Source: Chrysomallon squamiferum (Eukaryota; Animalia; Mollusca). From it: a DNA stretch of 64,000 nt. The stretch spans positions 32,922,001 through 32,986,000 of the forward strand of contig CM022672.1 in assembly GCA_012295275.1 (NCBI GenBank), given 5' to 3'. Made by a program: the position numbers and the translations under genes. Below, piece after piece: positions 43,508-56,564 of the stretch (within the stretch, counting starts at the first letter, position 1; each line of letters opens with the position of its first letter). Below the pieces are notes generated by a model. The model made no database searches. It was not told the origin of the DNA and saw nothing but the letters and a program-made list of their open reading frames with translations.

Positions 43508-45269
43508 TTACATATAAATGTATATTCATATACACACCTACAAAGACCACACACACATACACACACAGCTAGAGAAATAAGATAAGATAGATATTTACAT
43601 ACATACATACAGAAAGATATACAGACAATTAATTACATGAACACAAAGAAAACAGAAACACAAAGGCAATACATACACACACTCATACACATATACAAAC
43701 AGACACACATAAATATTACTTTGCCTCATGATAACCATAACTAAATACTTAAATACAAAAAATATGCAAGATTTAGATGAGAATGGAAAAAAAAAGAGTC
43801 TTAAAAGCTATAGAACATGTAACTGATCCATGCTCATTGGCTGTGAATGATATTGCTTGTGTGCATGTACAAAGTAACAGCTTTTTTCATTAATTTTTTT
43901 TTTATTTTTTTTTTTCTTTTGGTTTACAGTTACTTTTTAACTTAGTAATTAAACTCATTTCTCAGGTTAAGTCATATCTTAAACTGCAGAAATATCACCA
44001 TTGTTTTTTTAAATATTTTTTTTAAATACTTGTTCTATGGACTAATTACTGAGGACTTTGAAACATAAGCACACTTACATCATTCTTATATATTAGTAAT
44101 TTACATATTATGTTTTTTCACATATTTTTATAATTTTTAGTTTGCCATTTTTTTTTTTTTTTAATATATATATTATTTTTTCTCTGTACATATAGAGATG
44201 AAAGAGGTGTAAGTGGAGTTATCTACACTTTAAAAGCACTTGTGAAATAAAATATGATAAATGTTATTTTATGAAAAAATCTGAATTATTTGCTGTGAAA
44301 GACTTTTTGATATAAAGAACTGGTGTTTTTTTCTGTTTTTTTATTTATTTTTAATCATTGTTGCTTTAAAGTTCAAACCAAACTCACAAACTTCAATTAA
44401 ATATTTGTTCTTGTAAAAAACAAAAAGACACTTAAAATGTACATTAAACATAAATATGGATATGATCTTAAATATACATGCAGACACATACATAACATAC
44501 ATACACACTATCATACACACACAGATACAAAAATACACATTATAGACAAGAAGAACACAGATCAACAGAAGTATTGTTAATTATCATGATGGCATTTGCT
44601 ACATCCTCAAAATGCCCTCAAAAAGTACTTTTTTATTAAAGAAATTAATACAAAGCAATTTAAAAATCATTTTAAATTATATGAAAAGAAGGTTTGCAAA
44701 TCTACATTTTTTATTATTCATCAAAATATGTTGTCATAGCAACAGAAATCATATTAATAACATGAAGAGATATTTTGTAAAATCTTTACTTTATTTGGAA
44801 TAATTAAAATACAGAGACAGAACTACGTAAGCAGATAACCATTAATCATTCATACTGTCTTAAAAACATAATTCCCAGAAATCCTGAGGGAAAAAATCCA
44901 TTTTTTCTTTATATTAAGCTCATTTCATCTTGAAATATAACAGATCTTCATCTGATACTTATGAATGTGAATTTCATTCAGTACAGTATTTTTATTTTTG
45001 TAACTTTTTCATGTTTATATATTTATTTATTTAATTATTATTAATTTTTTAAATTAATATATTATTGTTATTACTATTACTATTTAATTAAATTTTATTA
45101 TTATTATTATATTTTATTAGTGTTATTTATTTGACTTTTTAATATATATATATATTCAAATAAAAATAACCCCTAACTTTTTTTGAAAAACAATACCATG
45201 ATAGTATGACTATTTCTTGCTCTTTTTTTTTCTCAAAAGAATTCAGAGTATTTTTAGATAATGATATTC

Positions 45270-45303
<34 letters not shown>

Positions 45304-45593
45304 TGGAACTTTATTTTTATTTGTTTTCCTTTTATTATTATTTATTTATTAATGATTTTTTTTTTTTTTTTTTTTTGGAGGAAACCAAAATAACCATATA
45401 CTGATGCCATGTGATAGCTTTAAAAACCCAATAACTAAAAAAAAAAAAAACTTCAGTAGTATTAACATTATTTTACGTACATAATTTCTTGTAGTACAAG
45501 TTTTCTAGTTACTAGAAATAAATACTTACAGTAAGTACAGTTCATTAATTCCTTCAGTTCCGAAGATTTTAACTTGCTAGCTCTTTTGCCCAT
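27266..45593 (-). CDS. Neuronal calcium sensor, NCS-1/frequenin/aplycalcin-like (189 aa, 7 exons)
   Basis: Minus-strand exons 45593-45530, 42118-42094, 41438-41390, 30517-30428, 30054-29976, 28595-28429 and 27361-27266 join in frame (570 nt): [41 protein letters not shown]...[14 protein letters not shown]...[14 protein letters not shown]...[14 protein letters not shown]...QALTVDFEQ. It has a myristoylation MGxxxS start, a non-canonical EF1 (CPxG) and three canonical EF-hands. Confidence 0.95.
35107..35340. repeat. ~46-bp minisatellite, ~5 copies
   Basis: GTTTTAAGATAGATACATAATATTATTTTACTGTATAAATATATCACT-like units in NCS intron 3. Confidence 0.75.
37231..37980 (-). CDS. Intronless 249-aa uncharacterised basic protein nested in NCS intron 3
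   Basis: 750-nt open frame in a sharply GC/CpG-rich island within very AT-rich intron. In-frame TGA 27 nt upstream of ATG (context TAC ATG G). Two internal repeats: [16 protein letters not shown] and [16 protein letters not shown]. Confidence 0.75.
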   Translation of the reverse strand: MADISYNATSHNLGEYRIKKYKPSRRFGPWHSVSGSEQLELSERLALHPSKQLCRKCSQSDNIIGAGHTEKLLLLRPRSGQSVTTEGRTDSTGRLNMSENSNEEQQTDHTRSATSASKYLNSTKGDRQFLRPRVVKSSQSQVVRGRTVNSKELDSIVSRLVRPTVASRGGIDLLDKDFVYITPRPRKTMPEVPGLERRYLGLQSVSQQEMKAIVARLTRMTAAYTAKFGPDPNTWVDTSPRRDKFSQKT

Positions 45594-45599
45594 TTCTTT

Positions 45600-45850
45600 G
45601 AAAAAATCAGTGTTTTGTTTTTGCGAAACGCTTACACATGGCATAATTCCCACGCCAGCTAGTTAGACGTCTGTACGAGCACGCGCTATGACGTCATGAT
45701 GTTGTTGACAGCTGGAGCCGACTGCCGTATGCCGAGAGGCTGTAAAACTGAAACCGTGGAAGAGACGCCGCCAGAACATGAACCATACTAAGCTTGTAAA
45801 GATAACCATTAAATTAATGTCTCCGTACTTAGACTAATTCACGTGACGAA
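45600..45850 (-). promoter_or_regulatory. CpG-rich promoter/5'UTR of the NCS gene with CRE and E-box
   Basis: Palindromic ATGACGTCAT at 45688-45697 and TCACGTGA at 45839-45846, in a CpG-rich patch just upstream of ATG 45593. Confidence 0.6.
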
Positions 45851-46639
45851 AATAGATGTGATTTGTTTGTTTTGTTGTTTTGGAAGAAATATAAATCCAG
45901 AAATAGTTAAATGAGAGAGAGAAAAAAAAAAACGACTTTTTTGATTATTATTATTATATATTCAGGAAGAAAAATATTAATCAAAATAATAGAGGGTGGG
46001 GAATAATAAATAAATAAATAAATAATAAAACATGAAAAACAAACAAAAAAAGTTATTATTTTTAATTTTTCAAGTGTTTGTTCCTGCCTGGGCCTGAATG
46101 TATGCAAAAGAGCAGGCAACCTTTTGTACAAAAAGAAATTATTATTAACCAAAAAAAAAAAAAGTAAATGTAGAAAATATATTTATTCATTAATTTATTT
46201 AAAAACAGGAATTTACGATTCCGACATTATTGTTTATTTTTATTTTAGCGATTTTCGGCATGGGTAAAAACAGATATTTTCTAAATTACTTTTTTCTTAT
46301 TATTATTTATAATTAAACCCATTTCACTTAAAAAGTGATCGACAATATGGATTGCCTTTTTTGAAATACCGTATCTACTCTGGTTTGTGATAAACAGTTC
46401 GATGGTACCAGCTATTAATATCTCTTGATATGTTGTCGAGTTTCGACTTTCCTGTACATCATTTGATTCATTATTTTCTCCAAATTAAAAGCAGCGAAAA
46501 TCGGTGTACAGTTACTAAACGAAAATACGTCATGCGGCCACATTACATTTAGAAATAATAAATTACGTGTTTGAATGAACTCGTGATTTCTGAGTAAAAT
46601 ATTAAATAAATGAATGAAATAATTAATAATAATAATAAT

Positions 46640-46680
<41 letters not shown>

Positions 46681-46799
46681 TTAAGTTTATTGTTATTTTC
46701 TGCTAATTAATATCCAGATATTTTTAATTTATTTATTTAATTATTTATTTATTTTATGCCAGTCTAAATAACAAATTATTTTAACCTAGAATAATAAGA

Positions 46800-47059
46800 A
46801 CTTTGTAAAATCTTTACTTGATGTGAAATAATTAAATTATAAAAAATAGAGACAGAACTACATAAGCAGATAATCATTAATTATTCATACTGTCTCAAAA
46901 ACATAATTCCCACAAATCCTGAGAGAAAAAATTCTTTTGTTTCATTAAATTAAGCTCATTTCATCTTGAAATATAAAACATTTTCATCTGATACTTATGA
47001 ATGTAAATTTCATTCAGTACAGGATGTATTTCAATTTATTTTATTTTATTTTTCATGTC

Positions 47060-47100
<41 letters not shown>

Positions 47101-47760
47101 TATTAATTAACAAAATGGTACTTTATTTTTATTATTTTTAATTATTAATATTTATTTTCCTTTTTTTTTTTTTTTTTTTTTTTTTTTCAGAAGAGTGAAT
47201 AATAACCATAATTTTTATTGTTAATTTTTCAAATGTGTATGTGCGTTCGTGCGAGGGTCTGTTTGCGTGTAAAAGAGCAGGCAAGCAATTGCAAAAAGAA
47301 ATCAGTATAGGATATTTATTTATTTATTAATTTATTTAAAAACAGGAATTTACGATGCCGTCATTATTGTTTATTTTTATTCTACAGTTACATGTATGGG
47401 TAAAAATATACATTTTCTTAAGTACTTTTTTCTTATTATTATTTATAATTAAACCCATTTCACTTAAAAAGTGATAGACAATATCGTTTGCCTTTTTTGA
47501 AATACCGTATCTACTCTGGTTTGTGATAAACAGTTCGATGGTACCAGCTATTAATATCTCCTGATATGTTGTCGAGTCTCGACTTTCCTGTACATCATTT
47601 GATTCATTATTTTCTCAAATTTAAAAGCAGCAAAAATCGGTGTACAGTTACTAAACGAAAATACGTCATGCGGCCACATTACATTTAGAAATAATAAATT
47701 ACGTGTGTGAATGAACTCGTGGTTTCTGAGTAAAATATTAAATAAATAAATGAATAAATA
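46800..47760. repeat. Second copy of a local tandem duplication of ~44775-46620, lacking ~45400-46050
   Basis: 44775-44990 matches 46802-47022 and 46100-46610 matches 47270-47750, collinear and highly similar by eye. Confidence 0.85.
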
Positions 47761-48105
47761 AAATAATTATGATAATAATGATGATGATGACGACGATGAT
47801 GATAATAATATATTAATAAATTTAAAATGCACACAGATCCTAAGAGAGACTATTAATACATTTAAAAGCATTGATAAAATGTCTGTTTTGTACGTATAAT
47901 CAGCTTTATAATGCTAGAAATAATACAAATAATACTATTCTAATTTTTGCTATACTACTATTACTATTACTGTTACAATACTTCTATTCTTACTACTACA
48001 ACTACAACCACTACTGCTTAAATGTACTACCAGTATTACTACAATAAAAACTACTCTTCTGCTACGCTACTATTACTACCACCACTACTTCTACTACTAC
48101 TACTG

Positions 48106-48144
<39 letters not shown>

Positions 48145-48244
48145 ATAATAATAATAATAATAACAACAACAACCATTCTAGGAGGGTTCTTTCTATTCAT
48201 TAATCATTGTTTAGGCCCTAACTCAAGACATCATCGACGACGGA

Positions 48245-49142
48245 ATGGACTCAGAGGAAAATCCACAGCTACGACGATCACCTCATATGGAAACTATTGT
48301 GGAAGTCGAAGTCAAAAGAAAACGAGAGGACGGTATCATCAGTGAAGCTCCTGAGAAAAAGTCTAAAACCAGTCAGAAAGCTAATCACCTGATTGACATC
48401 ATTAATGAGTTACTGGCAGAAAATGGTGCCAAAAATAGAGATGATTTATTAACATGGATTCGTAAGAATAAACTTATGTCTGATCAGATTGTAGGAAAGA
48501 AAGCTCCAGGTAAGCCCTTAAGGGTTTTTTACTTATGTTATGGGTAAATTTTCTTTTGAGAGGATTCTTAAGCAACAGTTAGAACTGTTTGAAAAAGTCC
48601 TTGACCCTGACCAAACCATTCTAGATTATTTGGAAAAATGGTTACCAGGTGAAAAAGATTAAAAAAAAAAAAGAAAAAAAAAAGAGGTAATAATATTGCC
48701 GAACCTGAAGAGAACATGATCAATTTTGTTTATTGGTGCATCATTGCTCAACTCGATGGACTCAAACTGACTGCTAAAGTTATTAGCATCTTGAAAAAGC
48801 TGGACAATGAAATATCTTGTATCTGAGGAAACCACCATCGGTCAAGCTGGACAATTGCATGCTTTTCTACAAGGTGCAACATGTCCAAATCCAAAGATGT
48901 GGGTTTGCTTTGCAAAATGGTTTGAGAACAAGGATATTGATCTAGCTGATTATTGCAAGTATGGATGGGATGCTGAGATTGATGGTGTATTTGATCATCC
49001 AGGATTTGAGGATAATCTCATGTCAATCTCATTCAAATTGCGTAAAGATAACTGTTACTTCAAATCACATCCGCTCCTTTCATTGTTTCCGCTAATTTTT
49101 CAACACCATGGCGTTGTTATAAAAAGGCTGCCAATTTGGTAA
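48245..49142 (+). pseudogene. Fragmented ORFs of a decayed virus-like element, possibly a parvovirus/densovirus NS1-type SF3 helicase relic
   Basis: Consecutive protein-like frames broken by stops, frameshifts and an A-run: ...KANHLIDIINELLAENGAKNRDDLLTWIRKN..., FERILKQQLELFEKVLDPDQTILDYLEKWLPG, INFVYWCIIAQLDGLKLTAKVISILKKLDN, YLVSEETTIGQ (possible eroded Walker A), ...CKYGWD...FDHPGFEDNLMSISFK. The family call is resemblance only. Confidence 0.35.
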
Positions 49143-51833
49143 TCAAAGCGACGAACACGCCCGTTGACCTGTCAGAAAGCTTGGCCGTCGTAGACGTACT
49201 TCACAACAGCTTGCTCTGATTAGCACGTTCATTTTTTTTTTCAGTTTCAGTTTCAGGTAATCAAGGAGAGCAGAGCGAAGTAGGGGAGAGCGAAGGAAAA
49301 GGCCAAACGAGAGTCAGTCAATCGGAGAAAACAATGTTTTTGAATGACATTGTCTTTACGGACAGGTATGGTAAGCAATTGTCTATTCTTATTTTGATAA
49401 GGTGTAATGTGCAATTAACCTGTGTCGTCAACATTTATTATACCTAAAATTTTAATGTTTTAATCTGTCCTCCGTTTCAGATTCTTATTTTGTCTTGGTT
49501 ACACGTATGACCTTACTCGTATCATTAATCAAAATTATTTAAACGTATGTTTTATGACTGTAAAATGTATTATTATCAAGTCACCTGTATATAATAATTA
49601 AATAATTAACGTGAACCTTAATGGGTGTTGTGTTTATTTCTCTAGAGGATAGATAGAATTTTTGATTTATACAGATTGCTGTCGATTTATCGTTTATATT
49701 CCTTGTTAGGTGGCCATTAAAGAATCTTGTTACCATAGATTGAGCCTTAATAAAACATCCAAGGTGGTTAAAGGTGTGAGCCCCGTGACTGTGATTACAA
49801 AACATTTATTACTGTATAATCAGTTACTTTTTTTGAAGTTTCGTTTGATAGGAAACAGTGTCATTGCACTTCTCAGCCTCTGCTTGTCGGTCATAAAATT
49901 AGAAACTGTTCGATAAATAAAGTGATATGCAACAGGAATGGACAATGAAACCGATTATGAATGAAACATCTGTGTGATCATGAACAATTAAAAAAGAAAT
50001 ATGAAATTGTAAAAACTAAATTGTTAGGTTTACCAACAGGACAGTTCGATGTCACAGTGACTTATGTATCACGTGATGAATAAAAAATGGTGAAAACAAA
50101 GAACATTCAGCAAATTATTGATTAATAAAATTAAACAAAAACTTTACTAAAATAGAACCAACATTATATATATATATATATTTTTTATTTTATTTTTTTA
50201 TTTTTGCTATTGCTTATTTAACAAAATATAAAAATAAAATCATACCGGAAATGGAAGTTACATTAATGACGTCATATCCGATGGAAACGGAAATATACCA
50301 AGGTTACAGTGATATTTTATTAATGTTATAAAAGTTATATTTTTATTTTATTCCTTGCTTTTGCTTTAATAAAATTATAAAATTATGTACAATTGCATGT
50401 TATTTATTTAAAACATATATTTTTTAATGAAGTTTCTAAACTTAGATATTTTATATATGTCAAAATCACCTTTCAATATTTTAAACAATATACGACGAAT
50501 TAATGTAGCATCTCTAATACTTTCAGCATTTCATATGCTTTAAAATCTGCTCGTCCATTTTCCACAGTGTCAATGCCATTATCATATCGACACAAATACC
50601 AATCAGATGATTTAAAATTCTTCTTTCATTAATCAATCATTAATCTCCACATTTAGCCTTTTACATTTTTCTGTTTCTTCTATTTCTATAGCAATGATAA
50701 ATGTAAGAATATTCAGAAAATAGTTTTTCAGAAATAATAAATTTTATAATGTTAATTGTATCGTTAATGTCATTTAATAAAATAAAACAGATTATTGAAT
50801 ATATAGTAAATATCTATCTATCTATATCTATCTATCTATATATATATATATATATATTAAAAAATTAAAACAGCCTTCTAATAATAAAGACCCATTTTAT
50901 TAATAACTGTGTTAATACGGTTAAAAAGGTTTTACTTTTCTTTCGGTGAACATTTGATTTGACCCATTTTCGACTTGTCAGTAAGCAAACTGATGCTATT
51001 ATTATGTAGTCATGAAGAAAACACGACTTTGACGTCGCCTTTATAATCAGCGTTCTTTCAGAGCTGCGCAGACGCATTAAAATGTAATGATTTTAATCCA
51101 CATCGATCCTGAGCACTGGGAAAACTGAGCTATTTTTAGTTCCCATCCTGTGTATGATTATGCTGTATTATTATTATATTAAACATTTTTTTTTTCTTCC
51201 CAACATGCGTCTGCGAATAAATATATATATATATATATGGGTGTATTGTGCTGTTTCTAAGATAGAATATTTGTGAGATAACGTGACAGAAACGAAGATT
51301 TGTTTATTTCGTTTCTCTACGAAGCTGAAGTTGTAGGAGCCGAACTGCGAACCAACCAGCTATCCGGTGTGAAGACCGTGTGTTAACCGTTTCACGACAG
51401 TTGTTGATTTTAGCCGAATGTACAGAATTAATCAGCTCTAATTAACATGGAACTCTTTCTGTCTTTTGGCCATGTTCACCTGATACCAAATCGATATTTT
51501 TTTTTTTTTCTGACGGGCATATCTGCAGGTTACTAATTAATGAAAACGCTGCTAAATGTGACGAACTGACTTCGACTCTTCTTCCGCTATTCGAGTGGTT
51601 TAGACTACGAAAATACTGTTAAGAAATCGTTGAACGTAATATGAAGTACAGTGTTTACGATATATATATATTTTTTATACCAGTAAATATATCGTAACAG
51701 AAAAATAAATAAATAAATAAATAAATAAATAAAATAATGTTTGGTAACTGATAAAAATTGAAAGGAAAAAAATAAACGTTTTATTTAAAACTAATTTAAT
51801 AAATAATCATTCGTGAGTATGCTTTAATATTTT

Positions 51834-51867
<34 letters not shown>

Positions 51868-52182
51868 CCGGCAATCTCTGTTCCAAAAGGCAAAACATGA
51901 TAACTAAATAAGTTTCTGTATTTTTCTACCTTACTTACCAAATTATCTCCCTGTACAAAGTAATTATTGATAGTGCGGCGTTTTCAACTACAGTGTTACG
52001 ATCCTGTAATCTGGAGATATTAATTAGGAAATCTGTCACTAAATTAGATTCCCAAAACAACTAGAGCGGAAGATGTAGATGGTAGATAGTACAAATTAGA
52101 ACTGTTCAGAAAAGGTCGTCTGGCTTATACGTAAGTAGAAAAGCATTCCGACTGAATAGTAATCGTTTAATTACAAAGTTAA

Positions 52183-52484
52183 GGCCGTAACGGAACGGAA
52201 CGGGGCAAAACAATTTGGGCGAGAGGTCTGGGAACCGCATAAGGCCTCCAAAAGACAAAAAATTCTCGTTTCTGGCCATTTCCTAGCATCTTTTTCTTGT
52301 TCAGTAATCATATCTTTTTATGAAATAATTTTCGTATAATTTTCTAATTTACCAGGCAAGAGGGAGTATTTCGAAATCCATCTTTGTATAAAAAGAAAAA
52401 AATTAAAAATTAAAAAAGAACCCAACAAAATCGTCAATTTCGATATGAAGCATTTGCCTCATTTGCCGCAGTCTAGATACGGCC
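52183..52484. mobile_element. Possible degenerate MITE with short GGCCGTA/TACGGCC termini
   Basis: GC-rich ends GGCCGTAAC... and ...CTAGATACGGCC around an AT-rich core; no clean TSD. Confidence 0.35.
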
Positions 52485-53498
52485 ATGTAATGAGGTCAGA
52501 TGTACTTTTTCTAGGCGTTCTTGTTTTTCTTTCTTGCTCTCTTTTTTATTTTACTGGGTTTATTAAGAGAATAAAGAACATGTGGTCCAGATTTATCTGA
52601 TATAATTTCAATTTTCTAATTTTTTACATTTATAAATATTTCAGATTTCTTCAAACGAACGTAGCTGACAAAATGTAATTATACTGCCATGTTTTAGCAT
52701 GACAAGGTGAAAAATTAAACCTCATTTTAAGACTACACTGATACTCAACTAATTTTGCTGTTATTATGAATTACTACATGCACCAATTCACTATGGTGAC
52801 CCTACAAATATACCAGCGCTTGTCAAGTAGTCCTAAACAAACAACAAAAAAATCCCTTTATTTTTATCGTTCTACTTACTAGTATGAACTATAAAAAAAT
52901 AAAAATAAAAATAAAAAAGGATAAATGTATAAAAATAGTTTGAAAATGTAAATCGACATTATTTCCGTAATGTTCACTTTTTAAAAAACTGATACGTAAA
53001 AATATATTATTTAATTCGTGAAACGGATAAAAAAAAAAAAAAAATAATAATAATAATAATAATAAAATTAAATTAAATAAAATTTAAAAAAAAAAAATTT
53101 CCGTTCTGGTCGGCAGATGGCGGGATACTGGACGATGGGGATATTTTTATTACAATAAATGTGAATGGCAGTTTACCGGTGATAGGGGTATAATCAGAAA
53201 TGTGTTTCAACAAATACTGTATCATGTAAGTAACGATGAAAACTCGTAAAAACTCTCAAACATTATTTACGATATATAAATAAATGAAAATTACAATTCT
53301 ATATATTTTGGTTGTTTTTTGTTTGTTTTTATAGTTTTTTTTCTTTCCGAATGTTCAACAAATTGTTCAACAGTATATCTCATAACGCCGTATGTTTTGT
53401 TTTGTTTTTTGTTAAATTATTTATTTCGTTATTTTCAGAGACAGCAGTTGCGAAAAACTAACATGTAAAATTAGCCTTATTATTATCTTAATTTATAC

Positions 53499-53530
<32 letters not shown>

Positions 53531-55262
53531 CCACCACATTTCAGACTGGTTTCCCTTACAGACTCAAATTAAAAAAATAATAATAATAATAATAAACGTT
53601 TGTGCCCTAGGTCTACACCTACAGCAATCTCTGAACCCAATTAATAAATAAATAACAAGTTTGCTAAAGAAAAACATTTTTAGAAAAACGTATAAAAATA
53701 ATTGATGTCTCAATGTGTAATTTTTTTGCTTTCAACCGATATAATTATAGCATGGTTCCAGTGTAGTCTACTGAGACAAAGAAAGAAAATTGTCAGTGCG
53801 AAGCAACAGATTAAGAAACCGAGAAATAAAATACTTTAATATCATATTTATGAAAAATTTAATTTTTAAATCCTGAAATTTACAAAGGTCATGAGCGATT
53901 TAAAAAAAAAAAAAAAAAATATGGGAACGTTTTTAGATATCTATACTTCACAGGGTTATTTCCCTTGAACAGAAATGCAATACAGTGACTAGAAAATATT
54001 TTATTACTTTATTATTCTTTCAAATAGAAACAACGTTGCCATGACAATATTTTTAATAATATATAAAACATGTTAACCTAGGTATTTCCATAAATAGGTT
54101 TTACATTAACATACCAGTTTCAGTATTTTATAATAATTAATGTCTGACATTCTATATGCATGTCACACAATCTTCAAAATTTAAATCAAAATATCCATTA
54201 TAATGTAAATTTTTAAACAGCGTTCTTAACCATTTGGTAATCTGAAGTTGTTTTCACCTATAATAACGCCATTTAATCTTGTTAAAACTGAACAATCACT
54301 ATTAGCATGAAAACAAAATACAAAATAAAAATTTGAGTACATTTTTATTCATTTCATCAATTCAGTATCTGGTTTCCTTAACCACCCTAATCAATCAGTT
54401 TTCATTTGGCTGTAGTGAACAAAGAATTTACTCTACATTTAGCTCAAATAATTTAAATGGTTAAAAAGAATAAAGAAGATTACAAGAGTTTTGTAAGATG
54501 TTTTATAAATTACGCAGAATGTTGTACATTTGTCACTTACACATACATCTTGACTAACTTTTGTAGCCAATATTTCTTGCCACAAAGAACTCACTGAAAA
54601 GTAATCTGTTTATTATGAAGTTCACATCCATTTTGTTGATAACGGGAGATTTCAAAATTTCACTCATTGCAAGTAAAGACAAAATTTTAAAATTACATCA
54701 TCTTTCACAGAAATGAACGATTTTGTTCTCCCTTTTCCTGCAGTCAGTGAACAAGTCTTCATGATAGTTTTTAACCATCCAGAATTAGGATCAATCCAAA
54801 AACAACATTTTTTTTTTTAAAGATAATTTAAATATGAAATTTAAATTAAAAATAAAATAAAATTTTTTTTATTTCCAATGTCAATTACAAGAAGAGAAAA
54901 AAAAGCATTCCCCAATTTGTTTTGTATATTTACATGTTATTACTTTTGTTATAATTAAACCTGCTGATATTTCAACTATGCCTCAAAGTGATCTGCAATC
55001 ACTCTGCAAAAAACCCAAGAAACAGACTAACATGACAATGCCAATAATGCCAGGCAGTTCCATATCTAAATGATTTATCATGTAGTAGTTTATACATGGC
55101 AATATCAAATTACAGATAAAATATAAATTTAAATTGTACAAATTAGACATTTCACAACAATTCCTTATGGTTAATAATTAAACATTTTCATTTTTCCTTC
55201 ATTATCCCAATTTAAGAAATAAATTTCTTTAGAATATAAATTTAAATTTATTAATTAATGCG

Positions 55263-55325
55263 TTGCTTTCAGAGTTAAAAAATAATACCAAGTTTGTTTA
55301 TTCCCATCTGGTAATCTTGATTAGA
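55263..55325 (-). pseudogene. Degenerate SNORD74-like copy
   Basis: Shares the CGTTGCTTTCAGA flank and D box with the 56173 copy, but box C and the guide are eroded. Confidence 0.55.
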
Positions 55326-55827
55326 GATTTGTAATTTAATTGTTTAAATTTACATTGCTATCAAGGAAATGGTTGAATTTGGTTTTCATTTCAAGTCAGT
55401 AAAGGTTAACTCCCTTCAACATATTACTGGTTCTATGTAGAATTCATTTCCAAATTAAAACAGATGACATTTCTCATATAAAAGTTTAAAAAAAATAATA
55501 TAACATTTCACCACAAACAAATTGCAGAATTTCACAAAAATCATGAAACATATGCCAAATTTTATGAACTTTTAAAAAAACAAATCAATTAGCTCTTTTC
55601 AGTGAACGTTTTAGCTTGATCAAAAACATTCCAATGTGTACAATATTCAATTCTTTAAAGTAGCTTATAGACATACATACATACATACATATTAAATTAA
55701 CACTTTCTTCTCTTATAAACAACATGATTAAAAAACCAACAAAAAAATCCCATTTAAAACCATAAATATTGTTCCTTTCCAACCCCTCCCACCAAATGCA
55801 AATTAAATTAAGCCAGGTCATCTTGAC

Positions 55828-55903
55828 AACAGATCAGATATGGAACGGATAAATTTGATATCACTAAAAATCATTTGGCAGAATCATGATCATCATTTCT
55901 GTT
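55828..55903 (-). ncRNA. SNORD47: C/D snoRNA SNORD47 (U47)-like, copy 2
   Basis: Minus strand: aacagaa ATGATGA tcatGATTCTGCCAA ATGA ... TCCGTTCCAT at CTGA tctgtt. Both elements match human U47 (GAUUCUGCCAAAUGA, CCGUUCCAU) and are antisense to 28S GGAACGG...TTGGCAGAATC. Confidence 0.88.
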
Positions 55904-56172
55904 ATCCTTCAACAACCACTGGCATTCTTTCAAGTACCAATATTTTCACATTTCAAAATCAGTATTTTAATATTTTAAAAGTTAAAATGCTGCACACAAA
56001 CAATTGACCAATATCATTGATGTGTTATTACTTACCATTATTAATAAGCAATCATAGAATAACGTCAGTACAGAAGGAGCTGTCGTAAACAAATCAGACA
56101 ATCACCTACCTGATAAAATACTAGGTATTCCATTTTTGTTTTAATTAAGTATTAGAAACTGAGAATGTTACG

Positions 56173-56237
56173 TTGCTTTCAGATTAGATAAATAATCAGA
56201 AGATCATCTGTCCCTATCTTGTAATCATCATCAGCAA
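56173..56237 (-). ncRNA. SNORD74: C/D snoRNA SNORD74 (U74)-like, copy c
   Basis: ttgctg ATGATGA ttaca AGATAGGGACAG ATGA ... CTGA aagcaa. The guide is antisense to 28S CTGTCCCTATCT, as for human U74 (GGUAGGGACA before box D'). Confidence 0.85.
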
Positions 56238-56498
56238 TGTGAGCATTTCAAATCTGAAATTTTTCGTTTTAATGACAAGCGATTCTGAAGAAACTTTCAA
56301 AAAGGTTTCAGATGGTAACTCTTGTCAGAACTTCATTATGATTAAAATTTATTTATGTAATAATAAAAAAAGAAGACATTCTGGAAATGGCAATTTGAAA
56401 ATGTGTAACATTTAAAATCCCTACAGCACTCACAAGACCCAACAAAAAATTTAAAACTTTACAAATCTTTGCAAATAATGACATTTATATTTTAAAGC

Positions 56499-56564
56499 TT
56501 TGCCTTCAGATCAGATAAATAATCACAGAATTCATTTGTCCCTATCTTTATCATCATCGACAAA
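56499..56564 (-). ncRNA. SNORD74: C/D snoRNA SNORD74-like, copy b
   Basis: tttgtcg ATGATGA taa AGATAGGGACA a ATGA ... CTGA aggcaaa. Confidence 0.82.

Noticed and set aside
3065-48200. Many 60-130-aa ORFs rich in poly-L/V/S/T, HT, CV, ER or SL runs
   Set aside because: Translations of (TAG)n, (CTA)n, (TAT)n, (CA)n, (GT)n and (GA)n microsatellites.
51939-51950. 12-nt AG/GT-flanked micro-exon candidate on minus
   Set aside because: No partner exons or reading frame can be linked to it; such short matches arise by chance.
54645-54710. Weak C/D-like pattern (ATGATGT...ATGA...TTGA) on minus
   Set aside because: No canonical D box, poor terminal stem and no recognisable guide.
54735-54790. Possible SNORD44-like relic (minus: CTGGATGGTT...CATGAAGACTT...CTGACT)
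   Set aside because: Box C is broken and the U44 guide (TTAGCTCTA) is absent; the similarity may be chance.
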